This document shows, piece after piece, positions 27,608 to 38,227 of a stretch of DNA of 64,000 bases. A model generated the notes under the pieces. It had not been told where the DNA came from. It did not search any database and saw only the letters and a program-made list of their open reading frames with translations. The stretch is from an uncultured cyanobacterium. Lineage in GTDB: Bacteria > Cyanobacteriota > Cyanobacteriia > CAKZMO01. The DNA lies in assembly GCA_963719515.1 (NCBI GenBank), contig CAVRCJ010000010.1, positions 352,001 through 416,000 on the forward strand, written 5' to 3'. How positions within the stretch are numbered: position 1 is the first letter of the stretch; each line of letters begins with the position of its first letter. The position numbers and the translations under genes are program-made.

Positions 27608-30238
27608 ATGACATCTGGCAATCTAGATCGCAGCACTCTAGCTCAAACACCTCCAAAGCAAGGCATTCCGGACGCTGGGGATCGCGCTCACCAGTCCACC
27701 GAAGCCTCCATCAGCCATGGCGTCTACGTCACGGTTCACGGCCACTTCTACCAACCCCCGCGAGAGAATCCCTACCTCGACGCCATCGAGCGGCAGCCCA
27801 GCGCCTCCCCCTTCCACGATTGGAACGAGCGCATCCACTACGAGTGCTATCGCCCTAACGCTTTTGCCCGCATCCTCAACAGCGCGGGCGAGGTGATGGA
27901 GATTGTCAATACCTACGAGTACTTAAGCTTCAACATCGGCCCCACGCTGATGAGCTGGCTAGAGCGCTACGACCTAGAGGTCTACCAGCGGATTCTAGAC
28001 GCGGACCGCAAGAGCTGCGATCGCCTCAATGGTCACGGTAATGCGATCGCCCAAGCCTACAACCACATCATCTTGCCTCTGGCCAACGACCCGGACAAGC
28101 GGACCCAAATTCGCTGGGGCAAGGCCGACTTTAAGTCTCGCTTTGGCCGCGATCCCGAGGGCATGTGGCTGGCGGAGACCGCCGTAGACTACATCACGCT
28201 GTCCATCCTCATCGAAGAGGGCATCCGCTTCATTGTCTTGGCCCCTTCTCAGGCCCAGCGCTGCCGCGTCTTGCGGGCCGCTGAGCGCCCCCAAGCCGAA
28301 TGGGTGGAAGTGGGCGGCGGGCAGATTGATCCCGTGCAGCCCTACCGCTGCTATGTGCCTTCCGGAGCAGCGAGTGAGGGAGAGCCGCCCTACATCGACA
28401 TCTTCTTCTATGACGGCCCCATCTCCAGAGATATGGGCTTTAACGAAGTGCTCACCAGCTCCCAGCGTTTTGCGAGCCGCGTGGGGCAGGCGGTGCGCGG
28501 GGATCACCGGGAAGCGCAGCTGATCTCAGTGGCCACCGACGGCGAGACCTTTGGCCACCACAAAGGCGGGGCGGAGAAAGCCCTGGCCTACGCCGTCACC
28601 CATGAGTTCCCGGCTCAAGGCTGGACGGTGACCAATTTTGCCCATTACCTCAGCCTTCACCCCCCCACTTGGGAGGTGGAGCTAAAACCCGTCACCGCTT
28701 GGAGCTGCTCCCACGGGGTGGACCGCTGGCAAGACGACTGTGGCTGCGGGGGCGGAGGTACTTGGAATCAGCAGTGGCGGCGACCGCTGCGGGACAGCTT
28801 GGACTGGCTTCGAGACCGGCTAATTCCGGTATACGAGCAGATGGGTGCGGCGCTGTTTCTAGATCCCTGGGAGGCGCGGGATGCCTACATCGCTATCCTG
28901 CGCAATCGCGGCGAAGCAGCGCTCAGCGGCTTTTTTGAGCAGCACCAGTCTCATCCCCTGTCGTCAGCCGAGCGCGTCGATGCCCTGCGGCTGCTAGAGC
29001 TACAGCGCCACGCCTTGCTGATGTACACCAGCTGCGGCTGGTTCTTCGACGAAATCTCTCGCCCTGAGGGAACACAAATTTTGCGCTATGCGGCCCGCGC
29101 CATTGAGCTTGCGGGCGAGGTGGCCGGGGTGCAGCTAGAGCAAGAGTTCGTAGAGCGCCTCAGCGCTGCCCCCAGCAACGTAGACTGCTTTAAGCACGGC
29201 GGCGATATCTACCATCAGCTGGTCAGCCCCTCCCGCATTGGCCTAGGTCAGGTGGCGGCCCACTACGCCATCAGCTCTCTTTTTAATCCCTACAACGCCA
29301 CCCAGCGACTCTACTGCTACAAGGCTCACCGCATAGACTACCAGCACCAGCGCATTGGCCCCTTGACCCTGGCAGTGGGGCAGCTGCAGCTCACCTTTGA
29401 GACCACCCAGGAAACGGTTCATCTCGTCTTTGGCGTCCTGCATCTAGGGGGATGGGATTTCCACTGCTGCATCGCCCCTTTCACCGGACGGCTATCTTAC
29501 GCCCAGACCAAGGCTGAGCTATTTAACACCTTGGGACAGGCCAGCGTGGCTCAGCTGATTGTGGCGATGAACCGCACTTTGGGGGAGGAGAGCTACAGCC
29601 TGCAGGATCTGTTTGCTGAGGAGCGCCACCGGATTATGCGGCTGCTGAGTCAGGAGACGCTGCAGCGGCTAGACCAGCTCTACACCCAGACCTACCGCGA
29701 TAACTACAGCATCTTGGCGGCCTTCCATCGAGACGGTCTAGAGGTGCCCCAAGAGCTGCAGGTGGCCGCCGATATTGCCCTCAACCACCGGGCAATGTCG
29801 ATGCTTCGGGTGCTAGAGCAAGAGGTCGGCCAGGATTCAACCTTACCCACCACCGCGATCGCTGAGCTAGAGGCGATCGCCGTCGAAGCCGACCAGCTGC
29901 ACTGCCGGCTACAGCTGACGGAGGGCAAGCACATTGTGCAGCGCCTGATTCTGCGATCGCTGTGGCAGCTGCTTCAAGACTTCCAAACGGAGACCATCGC
30001 CGTAGAGGCCAACTGGCTGCAGCGGCTGATTGACCTGGGCGATCGCCTCCGTTTGGGGCTATCCCTAGACCGCGCCCAGGAGCTGTATTTGCGCAGCCTG
30101 CGGGACAGCGTGGTGCCTCAGCTGCTGGCGCAGCCAGTAGCGCTACGGGTAGCGGCGCTGGAGGATTTGCGGCAGCTCCTGCTGCTGGGACAGCGATTGG
30201 CGGTGGATGTTGACCACCTGCTGGCAGAACTGAACTGA
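27608..30238 (+). CDS. Glycoside hydrolase family 57 / DUF3536 protein
   Basis: HGHFYQPPRENP, SFNIGPTL, GMWLAET, ATDGETFGHH, WSCSHGVDRW, MYTSCGWFFD. Confidence 0.92.
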   Translation: MTSGNLDRSTLAQTPPKQGIPDAGDRAHQSTEASISHGVYVTVHGHFYQPPRENPYLDAIERQPSASPFHDWNERIHYECYRPNAFARILNSAGEVMEIVNTYEYLSFNIGPTLMSWLERYDLEVYQRILDADRKSCDRLNGHGNAIAQAYNHIILPLANDPDKRTQIRWGKADFKSRFGRDPEGMWLAETAVDYITLSILIEEGIRFIVLAPSQAQRCRVLRAAERPQAEWVEVGGGQIDPVQPYRCYVPSGAASEGEPPYIDIFFYDGPISRDMGFNEVLTSSQRFASRVGQAVRGDHREAQLISVATDGETFGHHKGGAEKALAYAVTHEFPAQGWTVTNFAHYLSLHPPTWEVELKPVTAWSCSHGVDRWQDDCGCGGGGTWNQQWRRPLRDSLDWLRDRLIPVYEQMGAALFLDPWEARDAYIAILRNRGEAALSGFFEQHQSHPLSSAERVDALRLLELQRHALLMYTSCGWFFDEISRPEGTQILRYAARAIELAGEVAGVQLEQEFVERLSAAPSNVDCFKHGGDIYHQLVSPSRIGLGQVAAHYAISSLFNPYNATQRLYCYKAHRIDYQHQRIGPLTLAVGQLQLTFETTQETVHLVFGVLHLGGWDFHCCIAPFTGRLSYAQTKAELFNTLGQASVAQLIVAMNRTLGEESYSLQDLFAEERHRIMRLLSQETLQRLDQLYTQTYRDNYSILAAFHRDGLEVPQELQVAADIALNHRAMSMLRVLEQEVGQDSTLPTTAIAELEAIAVEADQLHCRLQLTEGKHIVQRLILRSLWQLLQDFQTETIAVEANWLQRLIDLGDRLRLGLSLDRAQELYLRSLRDSVVPQLLAQPVALRVAALEDLRQLLLLGQRLAVDVDHLLAELN

Positions 30239-30373
30239 CCCCCTGTAGTCTCCCAGCTACGAGGGGATTACAAAGGATTTTCCCAAGATCTATCGCCCTA
30301 CGCGGAAATTTAGATCAACTGCGACAGCGATGGTTTATACTTGAAGACCGTGTTGGACAAAGGTGTCCACCGA

Positions 30374-30454
30374 GCGGATGTGGCGGAATTGGTATACGCG
30401 CACGCTTGAGGTGCGTGTGGCATTGCCTTGCGAGTTCGAGTCTCGCCATCCGCA
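30374..30454 (+). tRNA. trnL: tRNA-Leu(GAG)
   Basis: GCGGATG/CATCCGC acceptor stem, anticodon arm CACGC-TTGAGGT-GCGTG, long variable arm, GTTCGAG T-loop; CCA not encoded. Confidence 0.96.
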
Positions 30455-30476
30455 TCATTCTGGGAGTTAATCCCTC

Positions 30477-30517
30477 ACAGCAGGAGCGAACGATTGTTTG
30501 CTCCTGCTGTTTTTATT
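30477..30517 (+). terminator. Intrinsic terminator after tRNA-Leu
   Basis: ACAGCAGGAGCGAAC-gatt-GTTTGCTCCTGCTGT followed by TTTTATT. Confidence 0.8.
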
Positions 30518-30575
30518 AGGAGAACGAAACCCAGTCTCTGACGGGGCGATCGCGCTGGGCTAGCTGGGCTAATAG

Positions 30576-30764
30576 TTAACCGCGCCCGGCAGTTGCGTCT
30601 ACTGGCTCAATCTCCGACAGCCTGAAGGTCACCAGCTTATCCCAGTTTCCTCCCTCAAACAGGACTGCAGCGTTACCGTCAGAAATCCGCTGTACAAGCC
30701 CCTGAAAGCCATAGTAAGTGTCGTCAATGTTGGTGACTCGAACGGCTGATCCTGGAAATATCAT
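30576..30764 (-). CDS. ndhS: NDH-1 subunit NdhS
   Basis: PGSAVRV...[31 protein letters not shown]. Confidence 0.95.
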   Translation of the reverse strand: MIFPGSAVRVTNIDDTYYGFQGLVQRISDGNAAVLFEGGNWDKLVTFRLSEIEPVDATAGRG

Positions 30765-30965
30765 TGTGTGTATGCCTCTATAGTCATTGGGGCAGCTCTA
30801 ACCGCTGCAGATCCTTTCATAGCTTAAGCTATTGACGCTGTGGAGGTGCAACAGCCCAGCGGCGGTTTCAACATTATGTGACGCGAGGCGCGGGGAAATA
30901 GGTATAAACGCTAAAATTACACCACAAAACGCCATGTCAACCCGCAAATCAGCGGCATCAACACA

Positions 30966-31670
30966 ATGGCACCCCTCTTATTCCGCGATCGCACTGACGC
31001 TGGGGCACAGCTTGCCGCTCGGCTTGAAAGCTATGCCAACCGGTCAGACGTCGTCGTTCTAGGGCTCCCTCGGGGTGGGGTGCCGGTGGCCTCCGAAGTG
31101 GCAAAGGCGCTGAACGTGCCGCTAGACGTGTGCGTGGTGCGCAAGCTCGGCGTGCCGGGGCAAGAGGAGCTGGCCATGGGGGCGATCGCCGACAACATCT
31201 GCTACCTCAATCGGGCGATCGTCGAGCGCTGTCGGGTCTCGGCGGCGGTAATAGAGCAGGTGACCCAGCAGGAGCGGCAGGAGCTAGAGCGGCGTCAGCG
31301 AATCTATGGGCGCAATCGCTCGCCCATAGACCTGTGCGGACGGACAGTCATTCTTGTCGATGACGGTTTAGCCACCGGGGCCACCATGATCGCCGCCGTT
31401 GAAGCAGTCAAACGGCGGTCCCCAAGCGCTATTGTTGTCTCTGTTCCCGTTGCGGCCTCAGAAACCTGCCGCCTTCTGAGTCGCCGGGTGGATAGCGTCA
31501 TCAGCGCGACACAGCCCAAGAGGCTGCGGGCAATTGGGTTGTGGTACGAAGACTTTTCGCAGACGACGGACGAAGAGGTGCGAGATCTGCTTCGCCGCCC
31601 CTACGCAGAACCTAACGCCAGCGAGGGGAAATGTTCCGGGCCAGCCAGCAGCAGCGATCGCGCTCTGTAG
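30966..31670 (+). CDS. Phosphoribosyltransferase-family protein
   Basis: FRDRTDAG, LGLPRGGVPVA, ILVDDGLATGAT, WYEDFSQTTDEEV. Confidence 0.9.
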   Translation: MAPLLFRDRTDAGAQLAARLESYANRSDVVVLGLPRGGVPVASEVAKALNVPLDVCVVRKLGVPGQEELAMGAIADNICYLNRAIVERCRVSAAVIEQVTQQERQELERRQRIYGRNRSPIDLCGRTVILVDDGLATGATMIAAVEAVKRRSPSAIVVSVPVAASETCRLLSRRVDSVISATQPKRLRAIGLWYEDFSQTTDEEVRDLLRRPYAEPNASEGKCSGPASSSDRAL

Positions 31671-31681
31671 GCCCAAACGCT

Positions 31682-32464
31682 CTATGGCTCTTCCATAGAG
31701 GGAGCCTCTCCCAAATACACCTCAATTACTCGAGGGTTATTTTGAACTTCCTCCATGGATCCCTCACAAAGTAGCGATCCTTCGTGCAGCACCGTCACCT
31801 TGCGGGCGATCTGGCGCACAAACTCCATATCGTGCTCAATCACAACGACAGAATGACTCTCCGCCAGGGCCAGCAATAGCTCCCCCGTTTGGGCCGTCTC
31901 CTCATCCGTCATCCCCGCCACCGGCTCGTCCACCAGCAGCAAATCTGGCGACTGGGCCACCAGCATGCCAATTTCCAGCCACTGCTTTTCCCCATGGGAC
32001 AGCAGCGCAGCGGCCATGTCTGCCTTATTGACAAGCCCGATAGTTTCCAGCAAGCCTACGACGGTGCGCCGCTCTGTGGCGTCGGCTTTGCCAAACAGCG
32101 TGGCAAACAGGCCCTTCTTGCCCAGAGATAGCTCCAGATTTTCGCGGGGGGTGAGGTTGAGGTAGACCCGAGGGGTTTGAAACTTGCGGCCAATGCCGAG
32201 CTGGGCAATCTGGTGCTCGGAGTAGCGGGTGAGGTCATTGCCCTTGAAGCGCACCGTCCCCTCCGTCGGCTTTACCTTTCCGGTGATCACGTCTAGAAAG
32301 GTAGTTTTCCCCGCGCCGTTAGGGCCAATAATGACCCGCAGCTCTCCCGCCGCCATGCTGAAGTTGAGGTCGTTGAGGGCTTTGAAGCCGTCGAAGCTCA
32401 CCGTCAGCTGGTCAATATCGAGAACTGTGTTGTTCGGATTGGGCGTAGTGATCGTATCAGTCAT
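31682..32464 (-). CDS. urtD: Urea ABC transporter ATP-binding protein UrtD
   Basis: GPNGAGKT, GIGRKFQTP, LSHGEKQWLEIGM, DEPVAGM. Confidence 0.95.
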   Translation of the reverse strand: MTDTITTPNPNNTVLDIDQLTVSFDGFKALNDLNFSMAAGELRVIIGPNGAGKTTFLDVITGKVKPTEGTVRFKGNDLTRYSEHQIAQLGIGRKFQTPRVYLNLTPRENLELSLGKKGLFATLFGKADATERRTVVGLLETIGLVNKADMAAALLSHGEKQWLEIGMLVAQSPDLLLVDEPVAGMTDEETAQTGELLLALAESHSVVVIEHDMEFVRQIARKVTVLHEGSLLCEGSMEEVQNNPRVIEVYLGEAPSMEEP

Positions 32465-33620
32465 TCGTCTCCTCTCCCACAACCACCGCTTGCTGCTCGG
32501 TCACGTCGGGGTCAAGCTCCAGGCTGGGGTAGGTGGCGATCGCCCTAGGTTTGCCCAGAAGCTGTCGCAGCTGCGGACCCGCCCGGTGCCGCAGCCAGCC
32601 AATGAGGCCATCTGGGAGCACCGTCACCACAATTAAGAACAGCGCCCCCTGAAAAAACAGCCAAAACTCAGGAAACTGCTCGCTGAGGAGGCTCTGGGCA
32701 AAGTTTACCAGCAGCGCCCCCACAATCGCCCCAATTAGGGTAGCTCGGCCCCCCACCGCAACCCAAATCACCATTTCAATGGAGCGGGCCACCTCCATCT
32801 CTTTGGGGGAGATGATGCCTGATTGAATCATGTAGAGCGCCCCAGAGACCCCCGCCAGCGCCCCGGCGATCGCAAACACAATCACCTTGAAGCTCGTGGG
32901 GTTATACCCTGAAAAGCGCACCCGGCTCTCGTCGTCCCGAATGGCGATCATCAGTCGCCCAAACCGCCCGCTGGTGATCCACCGGCAGAGGGCATAGGCC
33001 AGTATCAGCGCCAATACCGTCAGGCTGTAGAACAGAAATCGAGCTTCAGCGGATCCTGCGGAGAGACCAAAAACCTGGCTGGTGTCGGTCTTGAGGCCGT
33101 TGGTGCCGTTAATCAGCTTTTGCTGACTGTTGAAAAAGTTGAAGAACACCACCAGGGCGGCCTGGGTGAGAATCGAAAAGTAGACGCCGCGAATGCGGTT
33201 GCGAAACACCAGGTAGCCCAGCAGTCCCGCAACGATGGCGGGAACGATAACAATCGCCGCTAGGGTAAAGGGAAACGAGTAGAACGGATACCAAAACCAG
33301 GGCAGCTCCTGGACGCCGTACAGGCTGAAGAAATCGGGGATTTGGCCCTCGGGCAGCTGCAGATTGATATGCATCGCCAGGGCGTAGCCCCCCAGGGCGA
33401 AGAAAATGCCCTGCCCCAGGCTGAGCATGCCGGTGTAGCCCCAGATCAGGTCGATGCCCAAGGCGACAATGGTGAGGGCCAAAAAGCGCCCCAGCAGATT
33501 GAGTCGAAAATCGGACAGCAGGGCGGGCAGCACCAGCAGCAGCACCAGGGCCACCGCAACTACGGCGATCGCCTCTATGATCAGCTGCCGCTTCCCGCTC
33601 TGTGGTTTACGTCGTTGCAT
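32457..33620 (-). CDS. urtC: Urea ABC transporter permease UrtC
   Basis: GIDLIWGYTGMLSLGQG, RIRGVYFSILTQA, AIRDDESRVRFSGY, SIEMVIWVAVGGR. Confidence 0.95.
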   Translation of the reverse strand: MQRRKPQSGKRQLIIEAIAVVAVALVLLLVLPALLSDFRLNLLGRFLALTIVALGIDLIWGYTGMLSLGQGIFFALGGYALAMHINLQLPEGQIPDFFSLYGVQELPWFWYPFYSFPFTLAAIVIVPAIVAGLLGYLVFRNRIRGVYFSILTQAALVVFFNFFNSQQKLINGTNGLKTDTSQVFGLSAGSAEARFLFYSLTVLALILAYALCRWITSGRFGRLMIAIRDDESRVRFSGYNPTSFKVIVFAIAGALAGVSGALYMIQSGIISPKEMEVARSIEMVIWVAVGGRATLIGAIVGALLVNFAQSLLSEQFPEFWLFFQGALFLIVVTVLPDGLIGWLRHRAGPQLRQLLGKPRAIATYPSLELDPDVTEQQAVVVGEETND

Positions 33621-33631
33621 AGCTTACTCGA

Positions 33632-34807
33632 TTAAGCATCCACCGTACGTCCCTTCTGCGGAAACAGACCGCCGGGCCGCACCTGCAGAAACGCAATGAT
33701 CAAGGCGAAAACCATCACCTTGGCCATGCTGGACTGGGCAAAGAAATTAAAGAAGTCAATGATAGGCTGCACCAATCCTCCAGCGTCTAGCCCTGACAAC
33801 ATCAGCGGAATCGTCCCGGAGCCGACCAGGTAGCTGAGGGTGCCGATGGCAAAGGCGGCCAGCACGCTGCCGAAAATATTGCCCACTCCGCCGACCACCA
33901 CCACCATAAAGGCATCCACGATGTAGTTGCCCCCCAGGTTTGGGCCGACTGACCCCAGCAGGGTAATGGCGCTCCCGGCAATTCCCGCTAGCCCGGACCC
34001 CAGGGCAAAGGTCAGAGCGTCTACGGTTTTGGTGGGGATGCCCAGGCAGGCGCTCATATCCCGGTTCTGGGTCACCGCCCGTATCCGCAGCCCCCATACG
34101 GAGCGATTCAAGAACCAGTAAATTCCCAGCAGACAAAGCACCGTCAGCACAATAATGAACAGGCGGGCGTAGGGGAACTGCAGCGTCGCTCCAAAAGAGA
34201 CGCCGCCCTGCAGCCATCCCGGCGCAGTCACGTCAATGTTGCGCGGCCCAAACCACAGCTTCGACAGCCAGTCCTGCTCTGAAGCGTTGAGTAGCCGACC
34301 GGCGACGAAGGCGATCGCGGCCGATAGCAGCAGCACCACAGGACTAGCCCAAGGGGGAACAGAGGCCCGCTTAAGCGCAAACTGCCCCCCCAAAAACAGG
34401 GCCGCAAACAGCAGCAGGCCTAGCACCATAGCGGTGTTGACGCTGCGAACAAACTGAATCAAGATTAGGCTCACGCCCCAGGTAGCTAGCAGGGTCTCTA
34501 GGGGTCGCCCGTAGAGGTAGCGCACCACGGTACGCTCTAGCAGCAGCCCCACCAGGGCGGCGACCAGAAACGCTAGGGGCAGGGCTACAAAAATATAGAT
34601 GTCCTGCAGCGACTCGGCGTAGGCCTTGAAGCCATTTTGCACGACGTAGGTGGTGTAGGCTCCCAGCATCATCAGCTCGCCATGGGCCAGATTGATGACG
34701 CCCATGAGGCCAAAGACGATGGCAAGCCCCAGCGCCGCGATCAGCAGCACCGAACCGGTGCTAAGGCCGTTAAAAAGAACGTTGAGCAGTTGTTCGAGAA
34801 TATTCAT
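33632..34807 (-). CDS. urtB: Urea ABC transporter permease UrtB
   Basis: GLAIVFGLMGVINLAHGE, LYGRPLETLLATWGVSL, IRAVTQNR. Confidence 0.95.
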   Translation of the reverse strand: MNILEQLLNVLFNGLSTGSVLLIAALGLAIVFGLMGVINLAHGELMMLGAYTTYVVQNGFKAYAESLQDIYIFVALPLAFLVAALVGLLLERTVVRYLYGRPLETLLATWGVSLILIQFVRSVNTAMVLGLLLFAALFLGGQFALKRASVPPWASPVVLLLSAAIAFVAGRLLNASEQDWLSKLWFGPRNIDVTAPGWLQGGVSFGATLQFPYARLFIIVLTVLCLLGIYWFLNRSVWGLRIRAVTQNRDMSACLGIPTKTVDALTFALGSGLAGIAGSAITLLGSVGPNLGGNYIVDAFMVVVVGGVGNIFGSVLAAFAIGTLSYLVGSGTIPLMLSGLDAGGLVQPIIDFFNFFAQSSMAKVMVFALIIAFLQVRPGGLFPQKGRTVDA

Positions 34808-34853
34808 TCACGCAGGGGATCGGCGCGGTTCACCGCAATACTGATTGTTAAAT

Positions 34854-34891
34854 AAACGGTAGGGGCACACGGCTGTGCGCCCCTACCGTTT
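34854..34891. repeat. GTAG-type REP-like palindrome between urtA and urtB (possible mRNA stabiliser or terminator)
   Basis: AAACGGTAGGGGCACAC-ggct-GTGCGCCCCTACCGTTT. Confidence 0.75.
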
Positions 34892-34905
34892 CTAAGCGTT
34901 TAGGT

Positions 34906-36234
34906 CTACGCTTCTTCGTATTTGCCGCCCTTGTTGGGGTCAGACCAATCGCAGGCAAATCCCTTGGTGTCGGGCACGTACTGGTTCCAGGGAATCGGAT
35001 CGATAGGACCGTCTGTCGAAGAGACAATCTCAAACAGACCGTCATCCCGCACCTGGCCGATGCGCACCGTCTTCGACAGGTGGTGGTTAGAGTTCATGGT
35101 CACCGGACCTTCCGGCGCGTCAAACTCCAAGCCATAAGCGGCTTCTCGCACCGCTTCCAAGTCATCCGCCGTTCCAGCAGCCTCAACGGCCATCTTCCAC
35201 ATGTAGACCATGATGTAGGCGGCTTCCATGGGGTCGTTGGTGACGCGGTCGTCGCCGTACTCGGCCTTGAAGTCAGACACCCACTTCTCGTTTTCGGCGT
35301 TCTCAACCGTCTGGAAGTAGTTCCAAGCGGCGTAGTGATCTACCAAAAACTCGGGGCCAATCTGGCGCACTTCTTCTTCAGCCACCGACACCGACATCAC
35401 GGGATACTGGTCCGGTCCCATGCCAGCGCCCTTCAGCTGCTTGAAGAATGCCACGTTGCTGTCGCCGTTGAGGCTGTTGAAGATGACGCCGCCGTCGGGC
35501 ATGGCGGAGCGAATCTTGGAGATGATGGGGGTTACTTCGGTGTTGCCTAGGGGCAGGTAGTCTTCCCCAACCGTCTCGCCGCCGAGGGCAGTGAGCTGCT
35601 CTTTGATGATGGTGTTGGCGGTGCGGGGGAAAACGTAGTCGGAACCCACCAGGAAGAACTGCTGGCCTTTGTTCTCCAGCAGCCACTCTACCGCAGGCTC
35701 GATCTGCTGGTTGGGGGCTGCACCGGTGTAGAAGATATTCTTGGAGCACTCTTGCCCCTCGTACTGCACCGGGTACCACAGCATGTGGTTCTTCGATTCG
35801 AATACGGGCAATACAGCTTTGCGGCTTGCAGAAGTCCAGCAGCCAAAGACGGTAGCTACGCCGTCTTGGTCAATTAGCTTTTCTGCCTTTTCTGCAAAGG
35901 TGGGCCAGTCGGAAGCGCCATCTTCTTTGATAGCTTCAATCTGCTTGCCCAGCACGCCGCCGGCCGCGTTAATTTCTTGAATCGCCAGCTCTTCTGCGTC
36001 GACAACGGTGGTCTCACTAATGGCCATCGTGCCGCTCAGAGAGTGAAGAATGCCCACCTTAATGGTGTCACTGCTGCTCCCTTCGGCTCCCGCGCTCGCC
36101 TCTTCACCGCCTTCCTCCGGCGCTGCAGCGCTTTCCTCACCGGAGTCGGTGGCACAAGCCTTGAGCAAAATGCTGGTTCCTAAAGCTGCTGAACCGTACA
36201 GCAGAAATCTTCTTCGTCCAAACAAACTAGCCAT
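34906..36234 (-). CDS. urtA: Urea ABC transporter substrate-binding lipoprotein UrtA
   Basis: Tat-like RRRFL and LKAC lipobox; [41 protein letters not shown]. Confidence 0.97.
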   Translation of the reverse strand: MASLFGRRRFLLYGSAALGTSILLKACATDSGEESAAAPEEGGEEASAGAEGSSSDTIKVGILHSLSGTMAISETTVVDAEELAIQEINAAGGVLGKQIEAIKEDGASDWPTFAEKAEKLIDQDGVATVFGCWTSASRKAVLPVFESKNHMLWYPVQYEGQECSKNIFYTGAAPNQQIEPAVEWLLENKGQQFFLVGSDYVFPRTANTIIKEQLTALGGETVGEDYLPLGNTEVTPIISKIRSAMPDGGVIFNSLNGDSNVAFFKQLKGAGMGPDQYPVMSVSVAEEEVRQIGPEFLVDHYAAWNYFQTVENAENEKWVSDFKAEYGDDRVTNDPMEAAYIMVYMWKMAVEAAGTADDLEAVREAAYGLEFDAPEGPVTMNSNHHLSKTVRIGQVRDDGLFEIVSSTDGPIDPIPWNQYVPDTKGFACDWSDPNKGGKYEEA

Positions 36235-36302
36235 AGAGTTCTCAATCCTCGATATCTTAAAAGCGGCAGGGCTATGCTGAGCATCACACGCATACGGACC
36301 GT

Positions 36303-36344
36303 ATAGTATGTCTCTAGATGAATAGTCTTTGTGCTCTGTGATAC
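36303..36344 (-). promoter_or_regulatory. NtcA-activated (class II) promoter of urtA
   Basis: Minus strand GTAtcacagagCAC (36344-36331, 5/6 match to GTA-N8-TAC), 22 nt spacer, TACTAT -10 (36308-36303). Confidence 0.75.
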
Positions 36345-36352
36345 ATTTTTTA

Positions 36353-36976
36353 TCAAGATGGTCTGTTTATTGACGTTGACGGTCCCTTGTGGCGCTCAAT
36401 GAAGGCCACAATTTCAGTCAAACTAGTCTCAGATTTCAGCATTGTGAACAGAAATGGGCGATCGCCCCGCATCTTCTCAGCGTCCCGCGCCATCACCGAC
36501 AGGTCAGCCCCCACTAGCGGCGCTAGGTCGGTTTTGTTGATGACTAGCAGGTCTGATTTGGTGATCCCCGGTCCGCCCTTCCGGGGAATTTTGTCCCCCG
36601 CCGCCACGTCGATTACGTAGATTGTCAGGTCCACCAGCTCCGGGCTAAAGGTCGCCGCCAGATTGTCGCCCCCGCTTTCCACAAATACCAGGTCCGGAGC
36701 AAACTGCGCCTCCAGCCCCTCAATAGCCACCAGATTGATCGAGGCATCTTCGCGAATGGCCGTATGGGGGCATCCCCCCGTCTCCACCCCCACAATCCGC
36801 TCTTGGTCCAGCGCCCCGTGGCGCACCAAAAACTGAGCGTCTTCTTGAGTGTAGATATCGTTGGTGACCACGGCCAGGCTGTAGGTCTCCCGCAGAGCGC
36901 GGCAGAGCGCCATCACCAGGGCCGTCTTTCCAGAGCCAACGGGACCGGCAACGCCAACGCGGAAAGTCATGGGCAT
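36353..36976 (-). CDS. ureG: Urease accessory GTPase UreG
   Basis: [38 protein letters not shown]. Confidence 0.97.
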   Translation of the reverse strand: MPMTFRVGVAGPVGSGKTALVMALCRALRETYSLAVVTNDIYTQEDAQFLVRHGALDQERIVGVETGGCPHTAIREDASINLVAIEGLEAQFAPDLVFVESGGDNLAATFSPELVDLTIYVIDVAAGDKIPRKGGPGITKSDLLVINKTDLAPLVGADLSVMARDAEKMRGDRPFLFTMLKSETSLTEIVAFIERHKGPSTSINRPS

Positions 36977-36989
36977 CTCAACTGTCGGC

Positions 36990-37724
36990 TCAACTTCTAA
37001 ATAACCTCGAATATAGCGTCTCGTGGGTCATGCTTGCGAGGGAGAGCCCCCAGCTGCACAGCTCATCGCTGCGCAGCTCATCGCTATACAGTTCGCTGCT
37101 GCCTTCGGAAGCGGCGTCCGCCTGCGTCCAGTCCCCTGCGGGGCGGGTCAGTATCGTAGCCGCCGTCGCCTCTATTGCGGGGTAAAGCCGCTGCAGCAGC
37201 AGCTGCCCCGCCGTCTGCCCTAGGGGGACGAGCTTAATTCCAGCCGTGATGCCGGTGGTCATCCAGCTGTATAGATACCCCAGCACCGTCTCATGGGGCG
37301 ATAGGTTCCACTGGGCGGCCGCCACGGCAAAGGCGATCGCAAAGTTACAGGGAATAGGGGGCAGCAGCGGCGTAAAGGCGGGGTCGAGCTGGCTCAGCAG
37401 CTGACTCAGCGACTGCCCCATTTGCCAGCTTTGCTGCCGCAGCTCTTCAGTCTCTCGCAGGGCTGAGAGGTAATCATTCCAGTAGGCGATCGCCTCTAAA
37501 TCTCCGTGGCCTACGGCCTGATGCGCTTTGAGGACAATCGACGCCTCTAGCCGCACCATGCCGTAGCGCAGCTCGTGGGTCAGCCAGGTTTCTAGCGCCG
37601 CCCCATCTGACAAGCGCCCCTGCTGGCTCAGGGTTTCAAGCCCCTCAGAGTAGCTGTAGCCCCCCACAGGCAGGGCAGGGCTTGCCAGCTGCAGCAGCCG
37701 CAGTAGCTTCATAGACTCAGCCAT
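36990..37724 (-). CDS. ureF: Urease accessory protein UreF
   Basis: [42 protein letters not shown]. Confidence 0.96.
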   Translation of the reverse strand: MAESMKLLRLLQLASPALPVGGYSYSEGLETLSQQGRLSDGAALETWLTHELRYGMVRLEASIVLKAHQAVGHGDLEAIAYWNDYLSALRETEELRQQSWQMGQSLSQLLSQLDPAFTPLLPPIPCNFAIAFAVAAAQWNLSPHETVLGYLYSWMTTGITAGIKLVPLGQTAGQLLLQRLYPAIEATAATILTRPAGDWTQADAASEGSSELYSDELRSDELCSWGLSLASMTHETLYSRLFRS

Positions 37725-37759
37725 AGGGCTCAACAGAAATAGGTTTGATGAACAGGGCC

Positions 37760-38227
37760 CTAGTGATGATGCGACTCCCCGTAAGCCCCTGACTCGGGGT
37801 GGAACGGCTCTACGGCGTCGGTGACCGTTACCCCCATCGACACCAGCAGCGATCGCAGCACCGGGTCAGGGGCAAGGCGCAGGGTGGTTTTAGGCCCCGC
37901 ACCTTCAGAAATCTCGACCGGCACGTGGCGATTGCCCAAGTGATAAGCGGCCCTCATGAGCGCCAAAGTTGAGCCCGTCACTCTGAGCACGGCCTCGGGC
38001 CGGGCCACCACCCGCACCCGATGCTGCCCGCCGGCAGAACTCAGCACGTCGCCGTCGCGCAGCACCGTTCCCCGCGGCAGCTGTAGGTGAATGTCTCGCC
38101 CCGCGCTTGAAAAGCAGTGGCGAGACTTGGCGCGCTCGTCCGCCGTGAGGCTGAGAATATCTTGAGGCGGCTGACCTTGTTCGGGGTCCGCCAACCGGTG
38201 GGTCAATATGGGGGCCGTGGGCGTCAT
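37760..38227 (-). CDS. ureE: Urease accessory protein UreE
   Basis: LPRGTVLRDGD, AAYHLGNRHVP, FHPESGAY, His tail. Confidence 0.95.
   Translation of the reverse strand: MTPTAPILTHRLADPEQGQPPQDILSLTADERAKSRHCFSSAGRDIHLQLPRGTVLRDGDVLSSAGGQHRVRVVARPEAVLRVTGSTLALMRAAYHLGNRHVPVEISEGAGPKTTLRLAPDPVLRSLLVSMGVTVTDAVEPFHPESGAYGESHHH

Noticed and set aside
30374..30454. Group I intron or integrated element at tRNA-Leu
   Set aside because: The tRNA is an uninterrupted GAG isoacceptor followed directly by a terminator and ndhS.
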